A stretch of DNA of 64,000 nt from Terriglobales bacterium (GTDB lineage: Bacteria > Acidobacteriota > Terriglobia > Terriglobales > Acidobacteriaceae): positions 22,028-86,027 of the forward strand of contig JBJMGI010000092.1 in the NCBI GenBank assembly GCA_045807945.1, read 5' to 3'. Numbering within the stretch: position 1 is the stretch's first letter; the number at the start of each line of letters is the position of its first letter. This document shows, piece by piece, positions 9,872 to 18,358 of the stretch. Below the pieces are notes generated by a model, which worked only from the letters and a program-made list of their open reading frames with translations, did not search any database and had not been told where the DNA came from. A program made the position numbers and the translations under genes.

Positions 9872-12295
9872 TTACTCGTACCTCAGGGCGACCATGGGGT
9901 CCACATTGGTGGCGCGCCGCGCCGGGATCAAACAAGCAATGATTGCGACCGCGAACAGGAGCGCGGGAATCACAAAGAACGTGAGCGGGTCGTGCGCGCT
10001 CACGCCGTACAAGAGCGAGCTCATGAGGCGGGTCAAGGCGGATGCTAAAAAGATTCCAATAGTGGCTCCGATAACCGCGAGTCGTGCACCCTCGCCAAGG
10101 ATCATCGTCAGAACATTTCCTCGCGTGGCACCCAGCGCCATACGCACGCCGATCTCGCGCGTCCGTTGGATCACACCCTGCGAGATCACTCCGTACGCTC
10201 CGACGCAGGCGAGAGCAAGCGCGGCACATCCAAACACCGCAAGCAGCAACATGGTAACGCGTCGGATGGCCATCATCTCCTTCGCTGCCGTTTCCATGCT
10301 GACCACACGTATCACTGGCTGGTCCTTGTCCACGCTCCAGATCGCCTGCCGCGCGGAGTTGACCACCGAGTCGGGGTCGCCATTCGTGCGCAACGTGAAT
10401 GCCATCATCTGAAAGAGGTACGGACTCTGGTTGTACGAGACATACATCTCCGGCTGAATGTCTTGATCTAGGCCGGCATGTTTAACGTCGTTGATGATGC
10501 CAACGATTTGTGCCCAGTGTGGTTTTCCGGGCTCACCAAAATCGACCCGCTTCCCAATCGCGTCTTTGTCGGCAAAAAAGTTCTTGGCGAATCTTTCATT
10601 CACCACGGCTACCAGCGGGGAATTCAATCGGTCGGTATCGTTGAAGCCGCGACCCTTGAGGACGCTGATACGCATCACGGCGAAATATGCAGGCGTGACC
10701 ACGCGGAAAGCCGATTCCGGCTGGTCCTGGGGATTAGGCGAGGTGCCTTCGATGGTAAAGGTGGTGGTTGAATCAAATCCGCTAAGCGGAAGAAAGTCGA
10801 TTGCCGCCGCGTGCTGCACCCCAGGGGTGCCCGAGAGCGCGGGAAGTAGCCGGTCCATATAGGCGCGCTTTGCGGGATCATCGGGATATTTCTTCTCCGA
10901 CATAGTGATGTACATCGTCAGCACGTCGGAGGGATCGAAGCCATACGACATCCGCTGCAATCGGTCAAAACTCTTTATCGTTAACCCCGCCCCGATCAGG
11001 ACCACGACCGCAATCGATATTTCCGCGACCACCAATGCATTGCGGAGCCACTTGCTTCGCTTGCTGATGCCAGATGAACCGCTCGCGTCTTTCATGCTTT
11101 GGGCGACGTTGCCGGAACTGCTGTGCAACGCGGGCGGCAATCCAAACAGCAGCCCCGTGAGCAGGACCAGTCCTCCGCAAAACGCAAGCACTGAGGCGTT
11201 GATAGGAATACTCTCGACCCGCGGTATTCCCAGGTTATAGATATGAGTAGGGAAGACGGCAACCAGTCCGCGGGTGACCCAGTAAGCGCACAAAACTCCA
11301 AGCGCCCCTCCGATAGCGGAGAGCAACAGACTTTCGGAAAGGAGCTGGCGGATGAGATCGGTACGGCCTGCCCCAAGTGCAACCCGTACCGAGATCTCGC
11401 GCGTGCGGGCGTGCATGCGCGAGAGCATCAGATTGGCTACATTCGCTACGGCTATCAGCAGCAAAAGTCCGACCGCGCTAAACAGGATCAGTAGTGTCGG
11501 ACGGATGTCCCCGACCTTTCCCTCGCGAAAGTCTCTGAGCAGCACGCCCCAACCGGCATTCGTTTCTGGATGCTCTATCGCCAACTGCTTGGCGATGGAA
11601 TTCAATTCGTCGCTGGCTTGCTGCATTGTGACCCCCGGCCGCAAGCGACCCACTAGTCGAAGGTCGAACTTGTCGCGGTCCTGGTAGCTGGCCGGATCCA
11701 TATCGAGCGGAAGCCAGAGCTCGCCATTCTCTGGTTGTCGGAAGTCTTGTGGCATCACGCCAATAACCGTGTGCGGTGTTCCGTTCAAGGTGATGCTTTT
11801 GCCGACGATACTTGCATCTCGCGCCAAGCGGCGGTCCCAAAGTCTATAGCTGATCACCACCACCGGTGCGTGCGCGGTGCCATCTTCCTGCTCGGAAAAA
11901 GTGCGACCCATCAACGGCGGGACATCCAGCGCCTGGAACATGCTATGCGCGAATCGATAACCGGTGATGGCTTCTGGTTCACCGTTGCCGGTCAAGTCGA
12001 CCGGGCGAAGGTCACGCGAGACGCCGATCACTTCAAAGGAATGGCTGCGCTGCTTCCAATCGAGATAGTTTGCGGGACGCACCGGTGTGCGATGCGCTTT
12101 CATTTCACGAATATCTACCAGCCGGTCCGAGTGAGGAAAGGGCAGCGGTTTCAGCAGGACCTCGTTCACGACCGCGAAGATGGCGGTGTTCGCGCCGATG
12201 CCGAGCGCGATACAAATTACTACCGTGATGGAGAAAGCGGGATTCTTGAGCACAGTCCGCATAGCCATGCGGATATCGTGCAACAGCCGTTCCAT
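9872..12295 (-). CDS. ADOP-type duplicated MacB/FtsX permease (807 aa, no NBD)
   Basis: Start chosen at MERLLHDIRMAMRTVLKNPAF, with GGGGAG 7 nt upstream. Same duplicated architecture as its neighbour, ending PARRATNVDPMVALRYE. Confidence 0.85.
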   Translation of the reverse strand: MERLLHDIRMAMRTVLKNPAFSITVVICIALGIGANTAIFAVVNEVLLKPLPFPHSDRLVDIREMKAHRTPVRPANYLDWKQRSHSFEVIGVSRDLRPVDLTGNGEPEAITGYRFAHSMFQALDVPPLMGRTFSEQEDGTAHAPVVVISYRLWDRRLARDASIVGKSITLNGTPHTVIGVMPQDFRQPENGELWLPLDMDPASYQDRDKFDLRLVGRLRPGVTMQQASDELNSIAKQLAIEHPETNAGWGVLLRDFREGKVGDIRPTLLILFSAVGLLLLIAVANVANLMLSRMHARTREISVRVALGAGRTDLIRQLLSESLLLSAIGGALGVLCAYWVTRGLVAVFPTHIYNLGIPRVESIPINASVLAFCGGLVLLTGLLFGLPPALHSSSGNVAQSMKDASGSSGISKRSKWLRNALVVAEISIAVVVLIGAGLTIKSFDRLQRMSYGFDPSDVLTMYITMSEKKYPDDPAKRAYMDRLLPALSGTPGVQHAAAIDFLPLSGFDSTTTFTIEGTSPNPQDQPESAFRVVTPAYFAVMRISVLKGRGFNDTDRLNSPLVAVVNERFAKNFFADKDAIGKRVDFGEPGKPHWAQIVGIINDVKHAGLDQDIQPEMYVSYNQSPYLFQMMAFTLRTNGDPDSVVNSARQAIWSVDKDQPVIRVVSMETAAKEMMAIRRVTMLLLAVFGCAALALACVGAYGVISQGVIQRTREIGVRMALGATRGNVLTMILGEGARLAVIGATIGIFLASALTRLMSSLLYGVSAHDPLTFFVIPALLFAVAIIACLIPARRATNVDPMVALRYE

Positions 12296-12309
12296 GATGG
12301 GCTCCCCGA

Positions 12310-13011
12310 TTAGGCGTGGACGCTTTCTTCGACCACTTTGCCATCGAACATGTGGATAGTGCGCTGTGCATGCCGCGCGAAACGCTCGTCGTGCGTCACC
12401 ATGCAAATGGTTGCGCCTTCGCGGTGAAGTTCTTGCAGCAGCTGCATCACTGCTTCGCCGTTCCGCGAATCAAGGTTCCCGGTCGGCTCGTCTGCCAGCA
12501 GGATGAGCGGCTTGCCGGCGAGAGCACGCGCCACTGCGACGCGCTGCTGTTGACCGCCGGAAAGTTGCGAAGGGTAGTGACGCATGCGATGCGCCATGCC
12601 CACGCGCTCCAGCGCATTATGGACGCGGTCCTTGCGTTCCGCGGCCGACATGTCGCGATACGTGAGTGGCAGCTCGACATTTTCGTAGACAGTAAGATCG
12701 CCGATCAGGTTGAAACTCTGGAAGATGAAGCCGATCTCCTGATTGCGGATGCGCGCGCGGTCTGCGAAATCCAAGCCTTGCACCGGCTTATTGTTCAGCA
12801 GATAAACACCGTCCGTCGGAGAATCGAGCAGCCCCAGGATGGAAAGGAGCGTGGATTTTCCGCAACCCGAAGGTCCGGCCATAGCGACGTATTCGCCGTC
12901 GGTGATATCGAGATGGATTCCGGAGAGCGCGTGCGTCTCTACTTCATCCGTGTAGAAGACCTTCGTGACGTTCTCGAGATGGATCAGTGTCTTTCCTGCC
13001 ATTTTGTTCAC
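12310..13011 (-). CDS. ABC transporter ATP-binding protein (MacB/LolD type)
   Basis: Walker A GPSGCGKST, signature LSGGQQQRV, Walker B LILLADEPTGNLD, H-loop VTHD. Confidence 0.9.
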   Translation of the reverse strand: MNKMAGKTLIHLENVTKVFYTDEVETHALSGIHLDITDGEYVAMAGPSGCGKSTLLSILGLLDSPTDGVYLLNNKPVQGLDFADRARIRNQEIGFIFQSFNLIGDLTVYENVELPLTYRDMSAAERKDRVHNALERVGMAHRMRHYPSQLSGGQQQRVAVARALAGKPLILLADEPTGNLDSRNGEAVMQLLQELHREGATICMVTHDERFARHAQRTIHMFDGKVVEESVHA

Positions 13012-13022
13012 CCTTCGCTTGA

Positions 13023-14276
13023 TCAGTCGAATCGGATTCGATCTGCTTTCTCCCAGCGCGACATATCCGAGAGGACCACTTGGTCGCCTTCTTTCAATCC
13101 GCCTAGGATCTCGATCGCGGTCACTGAGCTGCGACCGAGTTCCACTTGCACTCGGCTCGCGCCCTTTCCGTCCGGATCGAGCTTGAACATACCCACTGTG
13201 CTCTTTTCTTGTCCGAATGCGGGACGGCCAACGTAAAGCACATTCGAGAGCTGCTCGAGGTTGATGGTGCCGTCCACGCTTAAATCAGGACGCGCGCCTT
13301 TCGGCAATGCGTCGGTTAACTGCACGTCGACTGTTACAGTGCCGTTCTGTACCGCCGGGTCCACGCGCATGACTGAACCGTTGATAACTCCGTTGTGCGT
13401 ATCGATAGACGCTGGCTGGCCGATTTGGATATCTTTCGCCTGCGTCTCAGGAACTTTTAATTCCGCCTTCAGCATTTCTGGCTGCGCCACGCGGGCGAGG
13501 TTGGTTCCCGGCGTCACGCGTTGTCCGACTTGCACCGGGACTTCCTGCAAGACTCCGTCGATGCCGGCGCGAACCTTCAAAGCGTCATACTGCTTGCGGC
13601 GCAGTTGTGCCATGGCGCGCAGCTCGGCGACGCGTGCCTGCTGCACCGCCATCTGCGAGCCTACGGCTTCGCTGTTGATCTCAATCCGCTTCTGCTCGAT
13701 CTCGTGCCGCGTCGCAAGCTCGTGCTCTTTCCCTTCCGATGTCTTAAGGGCTTGTCCAGAAATAACGCCCAACTTCGCCAGTTCGGAATCGATCTCCGCC
13801 TGCCTCTTCGCGTTGTTGTAATCAGCCGAGACGGTCGCCGCGCCGGCTTTCTGCGTCATCAGATCGCCTTCAACTTTTACCCGCGCATTTTTCAATTCGG
13901 CTTCCGCTGCGCGAAGCTGCCACTCAGCGTCGACCATCTCTTGCTCCGCCTGGGGATTGCTCAATTCCATGATGATCGTGTCCGCTTTGACAGGCGTGCC
14001 GGCGAGAACACGAATGCGTTCCACGCGTGCTTCTGTTTCTGCTGGGATCCAGCGGATCTCTACGGGCACCAGCGTTCCTAGACCGCGCACCTGGCGAAGA
14101 ATGGAGCCGCGCTTCACGGTATCGGTCCACACAGTGCCGCGCTCAACGGAGGGCGCCGCCGGCTTCAGTCGCGAAACACCGATCGTGACGGCTACGATAA
14201 AGACCAAGGCGACTGCCGCGAGGGCGATCCGCTTCTTGCGTTTTGCGTCGGCGTTAGATGGGCGAGGAATATCCAT
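13023..14276 (-). CDS. HlyD/MacA-family periplasmic adaptor (membrane fusion protein)
   Basis: 417 aa: N-terminal TM anchor, long coiled-coil hairpin region, then beta-barrel and MP domains. First gene of the operon. Confidence 0.85.
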   Translation of the reverse strand: MDIPRPSNADAKRKKRIALAAVALVFIVAVTIGVSRLKPAAPSVERGTVWTDTVKRGSILRQVRGLGTLVPVEIRWIPAETEARVERIRVLAGTPVKADTIIMELSNPQAEQEMVDAEWQLRAAEAELKNARVKVEGDLMTQKAGAATVSADYNNAKRQAEIDSELAKLGVISGQALKTSEGKEHELATRHEIEQKRIEINSEAVGSQMAVQQARVAELRAMAQLRRKQYDALKVRAGIDGVLQEVPVQVGQRVTPGTNLARVAQPEMLKAELKVPETQAKDIQIGQPASIDTHNGVINGSVMRVDPAVQNGTVTVDVQLTDALPKGARPDLSVDGTINLEQLSNVLYVGRPAFGQEKSTVGMFKLDPDGKGASRVQVELGRSSVTAIEILGGLKEGDQVVLSDMSRWEKADRIRFD

Positions 14277-14292
14277 TTATGTTTTATGTACG

Positions 14293-14309
14293 ATGCACGC
14301 CGCGTGCCA
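14293..14309 (-). promoter_or_regulatory. Predicted sigma-54 promoter P2 (TGGCACGCGGCGTGCAT)
   Basis: The minus strand reads TGGCACG-CGGC-GTGCAT, against the consensus TGGCACG-N4-TTGCW. GG (14308-14307) to GC (14296-14295) spacing is canonical. The predicted TSS is about 7 nt upstream of the adaptor ATG (14276). Confidence 0.6.
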
Positions 14310-14365
14310 GTTCCTGCATTTGCTTTCTCTCAGAAGTCATTGGTTTTAATGAACTTTCCTTAGCG

Positions 14366-15577
14366 TCACTGTCCGGCGCTGATATCAGACTGTCCGTTAC
14401 CGGACACCTCATCCACAGCCAAGACGAGCGCCGTTGTGTCGTCCTTCAGCTGTCCTGCGCAATGCCGCACTGCGTCTTCGAGAACCTGGTGGAGTATCGC
14501 CTCGCTGCTTCGGTGTCGGCACGTGAGCGCTCGCCTAAGCAGACCCTCTTCACCGATTTCGTTTCCGTCTTCGTCGCAGGACTCGAGCAGCCCGTCCGTC
14601 ACCGCGATCAAACGATCGCCGCTCTCGAATCTCGCTGTCCCTTCGTGGTACGACCACAACGGAATCGCTCCGAGCAGTGCATCGTCGCTCTGCAGGCGTT
14701 CGACCGAGCCGTCGCGCTTCAACATGAATGCGGGGGAGTGTCCTGCATTGGTGTAGCGCATTAAGCCGCTCCGCGTGTCCACCAGACCGTAAAACATCGT
14801 TGTGAGGCGCTGCAGCCGCGACTCGAACATCCGTCGATTCAGGCGCGCGCAGACCTCGGCAGGGCTCGCGACGTGCGTCGCGTCCGACCTGACGTGCGCC
14901 TGCAGGTTCGCCATCGCCAATGCCGCTCCCGTCCCTTTTCCCATCGAGTCAGCGATGCAGAAGACAAATTCATTGTCACTAAGAGGGAACGAGTCGAAGT
15001 AGTCTCCGCCCACGAGGTTCGCTGAGCGCGTGGCTCCAGCCACAGAAAATCTCCCGTAAATCTTGTGCGCTGCGCCCATCAACGCTTCTTGCACTTCGAG
15101 TGCGTCTTCATTAGCCCGCATTAGCTGCGAGGCTCGCGAGCGGCGCTCGCGCGTCACCGACGCCTGTAGCGCAATGATCTTCAATGCAGCGTCGTTCTCC
15201 CACGGCTTTTGCAGGAAGTCTGCCGCCCCGCGCTGTAGCGATGCAACGGCAACCTCGATCGTGCTCCAGGCGGTCATCACAATGATCTGCAGATGCGGGT
15301 CGCGACTACGGATCGCATCGATCAACTCCAAACCTTCCTGTCCGGAAGTAGTGTCGCGCCCATAGTTCATATCCATGAGTAGCAGGTCGAACCCTCGGCC
15401 ATTCGCGATCTCGTTGAGCACTTCTTTAGGCGAGTGTGCCACGGCGACTTCCATCCCCGCCGACTTCAGTAGGAACTGCAGCGCCTGGATGATGCCTTCC
15501 TGATCGTCCGCGACGAGGATTCTGAAATGCTCTTCGCCCGCGTAGCTCGGCGCTTTCGATGTGAGTGGTTGTTCCAC
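14366..15577 (-). CDS. Response regulator with PP2C/SpoIIE phosphatase output (REC-PP2C, RsbU-like)
   Basis: The REC domain (ILVADDQ..MDMNYGRDTTSGQEGL..IVMTAW..DFLQKPWEN) is very similar to the REC of the EBP at 3362..4732. The PP2C motifs are GGDYFD, CIADSMGKGTGAALAMA and VTDGLLE. GTG start. Confidence 0.85.
   Translation of the reverse strand: MEQPLTSKAPSYAGEEHFRILVADDQEGIIQALQFLLKSAGMEVAVAHSPKEVLNEIANGRGFDLLLMDMNYGRDTTSGQEGLELIDAIRSRDPHLQIIVMTAWSTIEVAVASLQRGAADFLQKPWENDAALKIIALQASVTRERRSRASQLMRANEDALEVQEALMGAAHKIYGRFSVAGATRSANLVGGDYFDSFPLSDNEFVFCIADSMGKGTGAALAMANLQAHVRSDATHVASPAEVCARLNRRMFESRLQRLTTMFYGLVDTRSGLMRYTNAGHSPAFMLKRDGSVERLQSDDALLGAIPLWSYHEGTARFESGDRLIAVTDGLLESCDEDGNEIGEEGLLRRALTCRHRSSEAILHQVLEDAVRHCAGQLKDDTTALVLAVDEVSGNGQSDISAGQ
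14370..14406 (-). promoter_or_regulatory. Putative enhancer (UAS) for P2: TGTCCG-gtaa-CGGACA-N14-CCGGACA
   Basis: The minus strand carries a 16-bp inverted repeat (14406..14391) plus a third half-site (14376..14370), 60 nt upstream of the -24 element. It lies inside the last 15 codons of the REC-PP2C gene. Confidence 0.5.
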
Positions 15578-15587
15578 GCTCTACTAT

Positions 15588-15604
15588 TTGCAACTGAACG
15601 GCCA
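15588..15604 (-). promoter_or_regulatory. Predicted sigma-54 promoter P1 (TGGCCGTTCAGTTGCAA)
   Basis: GG at 15603-15602 and GC at 15591-15590, canonical spacing, perfect TTGCA -12 box. The predicted TSS falls about on the GTG start (15577), so the transcript would be leaderless or the start call is off. Confidence 0.5.
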
Positions 15605-15653
15605 CGATTTAGGGTGCGAGGCAGCCTCAAACAGCCGATTTGCAGAGCTTTTG

Positions 15654-15690
15654 TGTCCGCAACCGCTATCGAACTGTTCGTGCGTGAACA
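15654..15690 (-). promoter_or_regulatory. Putative enhancer for P1 (degenerate copy): TGTTCA-cgca-CGAACA-N14-gCGGACA
   Basis: Same tripartite layout and N14 spacing as at P2. The proximal half-site lies 49 nt upstream of the -24 element. Located in the 124-bp intergenic region. Confidence 0.4.
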
Positions 15691-15701
15691 CTACGTCGCG
15701 A

Positions 15702-18146
15702 TTATTCCTGGTGCAGTATCTTCGCCGGCTCGACTCGCGTCGCCCGGTACGAAGGAATAAGGCTCGCCGTCGCGGCGATGAGCAGCAGCAGCAGGGAACC
15801 GCCGATCAGGGTCGTGAGGTCAGCGGTGCTGACGCCGTAGATCATGCTGGCTACACCGCGTCCGAGGGCGAGCGATAACCCAAGCCCGATCACCACACCC
15901 ATGAGTGCCGGTTTTAACCCTTGGAAGAAAATCAACCGGAGTATGTCGTTGACCTGGGCGCCAAGCGCCATGCGGATCCCGATCTCGCGCACTCTCCGCC
16001 GCACTGCGTAAGCCAGCACGCTGTATATTCCTACGGCCGCCAATGTGAGCGCCAGCACAGCGAATGCGACCAGCAAAGTCATGTTCAGGCGCTGCGCTTG
16101 CAGCGTTTCGCCGATGAACTTGTCGATGGTGAGCACTTCCAATACCGGCACGTGCGGATCGACCTCGTGAACCGCGTTGATCACCGCGCTGGTGAGGTTG
16201 CCGGGCTTCGAGTCGCTTCTTACGACTAAATACATGGGGAACGAGCGCCACTCATAACCCTTGGGCAGTTCGGCTTGGCTAAGTGGGAGATAGATGGTGG
16301 GGGAAGGATCGTCCGACGTGATCGACTCTTGTTTCACGTCGCCAACCAAGCCGACAACTTCCCGCACTTTGCTCGGCATAAAGGTCAACGTCAGATGTTT
16401 TCCGATGGGGTCTTCGTTCGGCCAGAATTGCTTCGCCAACGAGGCGCTGATCAATACCGCACCAGGACGGTCCGGGGTGTCACTTTCAGAGAGGTCACGC
16501 CCTTTTTGCAGTGGGATACCCATGGCATCGATGTATCCGGGAGTCGCTATCCGCACCGCTACTTCCGGCTGCTCCGACATCTGAACCACCGGATGCCCTT
16601 CCGCCTGCACCGGCTGGTGAGAGCCGCCGGTGAGCGGCATGCTGATGATCATTCCAGCACCCTTCACACCCGGCGCTGCTTTTACGCGTTGCAAGATCTG
16701 GTTCATCGCCTGGCTCTGATGGGCGATCGAGCTGTACGTGGTGGGCGCAAACTCAAGATGCATGGAAAGCGTGTTCTGGGTATCGAAGCCTGGATCGAGG
16801 TGCTGGAGATTCCACAGCGTGCGGACCATCAGTCCTGCTCCCACTAGCAACATCAGCGAGAGCGCGACTTCAACAACCACGAGCGCCGCCCGTGTACGGG
16901 AAGCGCCGCTCTCCGTTCCGGAGCGGCCAACACCTTGCTTCAACCCTTCGCTGGCGTCCTTCCCGGCGAATCGCAACGCCGGGACTAAACCGGCGATCAC
17001 GCCCGTGAGCAACGAAATACCTAGGGTGAACAGAAGTACTGGCGGATTGAGTCCGAACTCACCAGAACGCGGCAGGCTCTCTCCCAGGAAGGCGACGATG
17101 AGAGCGATACCAAAATGAGCCATGATCAATCCAAGCGCGCCGCCTAGCAGCGAAACGACAACCGACTCAGCAAGCACTTGCTGCAGCAACCTGCGGCGGC
17201 TTGCACCCAGCGCCACCCTGATCGCTAGCTCGTGACGACGCGCCAGGGTTCGTGCCAACAGAAGGTTCGCCACGTTGGCACATGCGATCAACAATACAAA
17301 CAGCACAGCAGAAAGCAACACGAGAAGAGCGGGGCGAACATCGCCAACCACTTCGTCTCGCAACGGCACTACCATCGCTCCCCAATCCTTGTCGTCAGCG
17401 GGGTAGGCCTGCGCCAGATTTTGCGAGATGGTGCTCAACTCGGCGTTTGCCTGTTGCAGAGTGACCCCGGGCTTCAGCCGCGCGATTGCAAGGTAATCGT
17501 GGATGCCCCGAAGCGCTCTCTTCTCCGGCGTCAACGCCAGAGGAGTCCAGATCTGTGCGAATGCAGGAAAAGTAAATGCGGCGGGCATCACACCAACCAC
17601 GGTGTACGCCTCACCGTCCAGTTGAATCTGCCGTCCGACAATGTTTTTGTCGCCGCCAAAATGTTGGCGCCAATAGGCGTGACTTAGGACCACCTCGTGA
17701 TTACGTTCGGGCTGATCTTCGTCAGCCGTGAACGTGCGTCCCAGGATTGGCTGCGTGCCAAGAACCGAGAAGAAGCTCGGCGACACCGAACCGCTGTTAA
17801 CTTTTTCCGTTTTATCCGAACCAGTGACGTTGAAGGAGTCGAATCCAAAAATACTGGAGCTTTCGAAGACGTGATTCATCTTGGCCCAGTCGAAATAGTT
17901 CGCTGGAGACACGCTGAACTTCGTCATCCCAGGGAAGCTCTTGGGCGGAGGAATATGCCAGATGTGTACCAGCCGGGAGGGTTCCGCAAAGGGCAATGGC
18001 TGCAGAAGAACGGTATTCACAACGCTAAAGATTGCGGTGTTCGCCCCAATACCGAGCGCCATCACGATGATCGCGGCTGCCGCGAAGCCCGGAGCTTTGC
18101 GAAGCGAACGGAACGCGTGCCGAAGGTCCTGCCAGAGGTCTGCCAT
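15702..18146 (-). CDS. ADOP-type duplicated MacB/FtsX permease (814 aa, no NBD)
   Basis: N-terminus LWQDLRHAFRSLRKAPGFAAAAIIVMALGIGANTAIFSVVN and two MacB_PCD+FtsX modules. AGGAGA lies 8 nt upstream of the ATG. No adjacent ATPase gene. Confidence 0.85.
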   Translation of the reverse strand: MADLWQDLRHAFRSLRKAPGFAAAAIIVMALGIGANTAIFSVVNTVLLQPLPFAEPSRLVHIWHIPPPKSFPGMTKFSVSPANYFDWAKMNHVFESSSIFGFDSFNVTGSDKTEKVNSGSVSPSFFSVLGTQPILGRTFTADEDQPERNHEVVLSHAYWRQHFGGDKNIVGRQIQLDGEAYTVVGVMPAAFTFPAFAQIWTPLALTPEKRALRGIHDYLAIARLKPGVTLQQANAELSTISQNLAQAYPADDKDWGAMVVPLRDEVVGDVRPALLVLLSAVLFVLLIACANVANLLLARTLARRHELAIRVALGASRRRLLQQVLAESVVVSLLGGALGLIMAHFGIALIVAFLGESLPRSGEFGLNPPVLLFTLGISLLTGVIAGLVPALRFAGKDASEGLKQGVGRSGTESGASRTRAALVVVEVALSLMLLVGAGLMVRTLWNLQHLDPGFDTQNTLSMHLEFAPTTYSSIAHQSQAMNQILQRVKAAPGVKGAGMIISMPLTGGSHQPVQAEGHPVVQMSEQPEVAVRIATPGYIDAMGIPLQKGRDLSESDTPDRPGAVLISASLAKQFWPNEDPIGKHLTLTFMPSKVREVVGLVGDVKQESITSDDPSPTIYLPLSQAELPKGYEWRSFPMYLVVRSDSKPGNLTSAVINAVHEVDPHVPVLEVLTIDKFIGETLQAQRLNMTLLVAFAVLALTLAAVGIYSVLAYAVRRRVREIGIRMALGAQVNDILRLIFFQGLKPALMGVVIGLGLSLALGRGVASMIYGVSTADLTTLIGGSLLLLLIAATASLIPSYRATRVEPAKILHQE

Positions 18147-18173
18147 CGAAACTTCTCCTGAACAGGAGATACG

Positions 18174-18189
18174 TGCAATTGCGCGGCCA
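18174..18189 (-). promoter_or_regulatory. Predicted sigma-54 promoter P3 (TGGCCGCGCAATTGCA)
   Basis: GG at 18188-18187 and GC at 18176-18175, canonical spacing, perfect TTGCA. The predicted TSS is about 17 nt upstream of the ATG (18146), leaving room for the AGGAGA SD. Confidence 0.5.
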
Positions 18190-18239
18190 AGTTCGACTCT
18201 TCTCGCGCCGTTCCAAAAATCGAGATTGCCTGGAGAGAA

Positions 18240-18275
18240 TGTCCGGATTCAGGAGAAACCGTCCGCAATCGGACA
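18240..18275 (-). promoter_or_regulatory. Putative enhancer for P3: TGTCCG-attg-CGGACg-N13-CCGGACA
   Basis: Same tripartite layout as at P2. The proximal half-site lies 50 nt upstream of the -24 element, 10 nt (about one helical turn) less than at P2. Confidence 0.5.
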
Positions 18276-18358
18276 CTCCCGCAGCATTGGCACACGTAAT
18301 GGCGCGGGCAGCGTCTTCCGTGAGGGAGTACTATTCTCGTCTCTCGCGGAGGGTCGCA

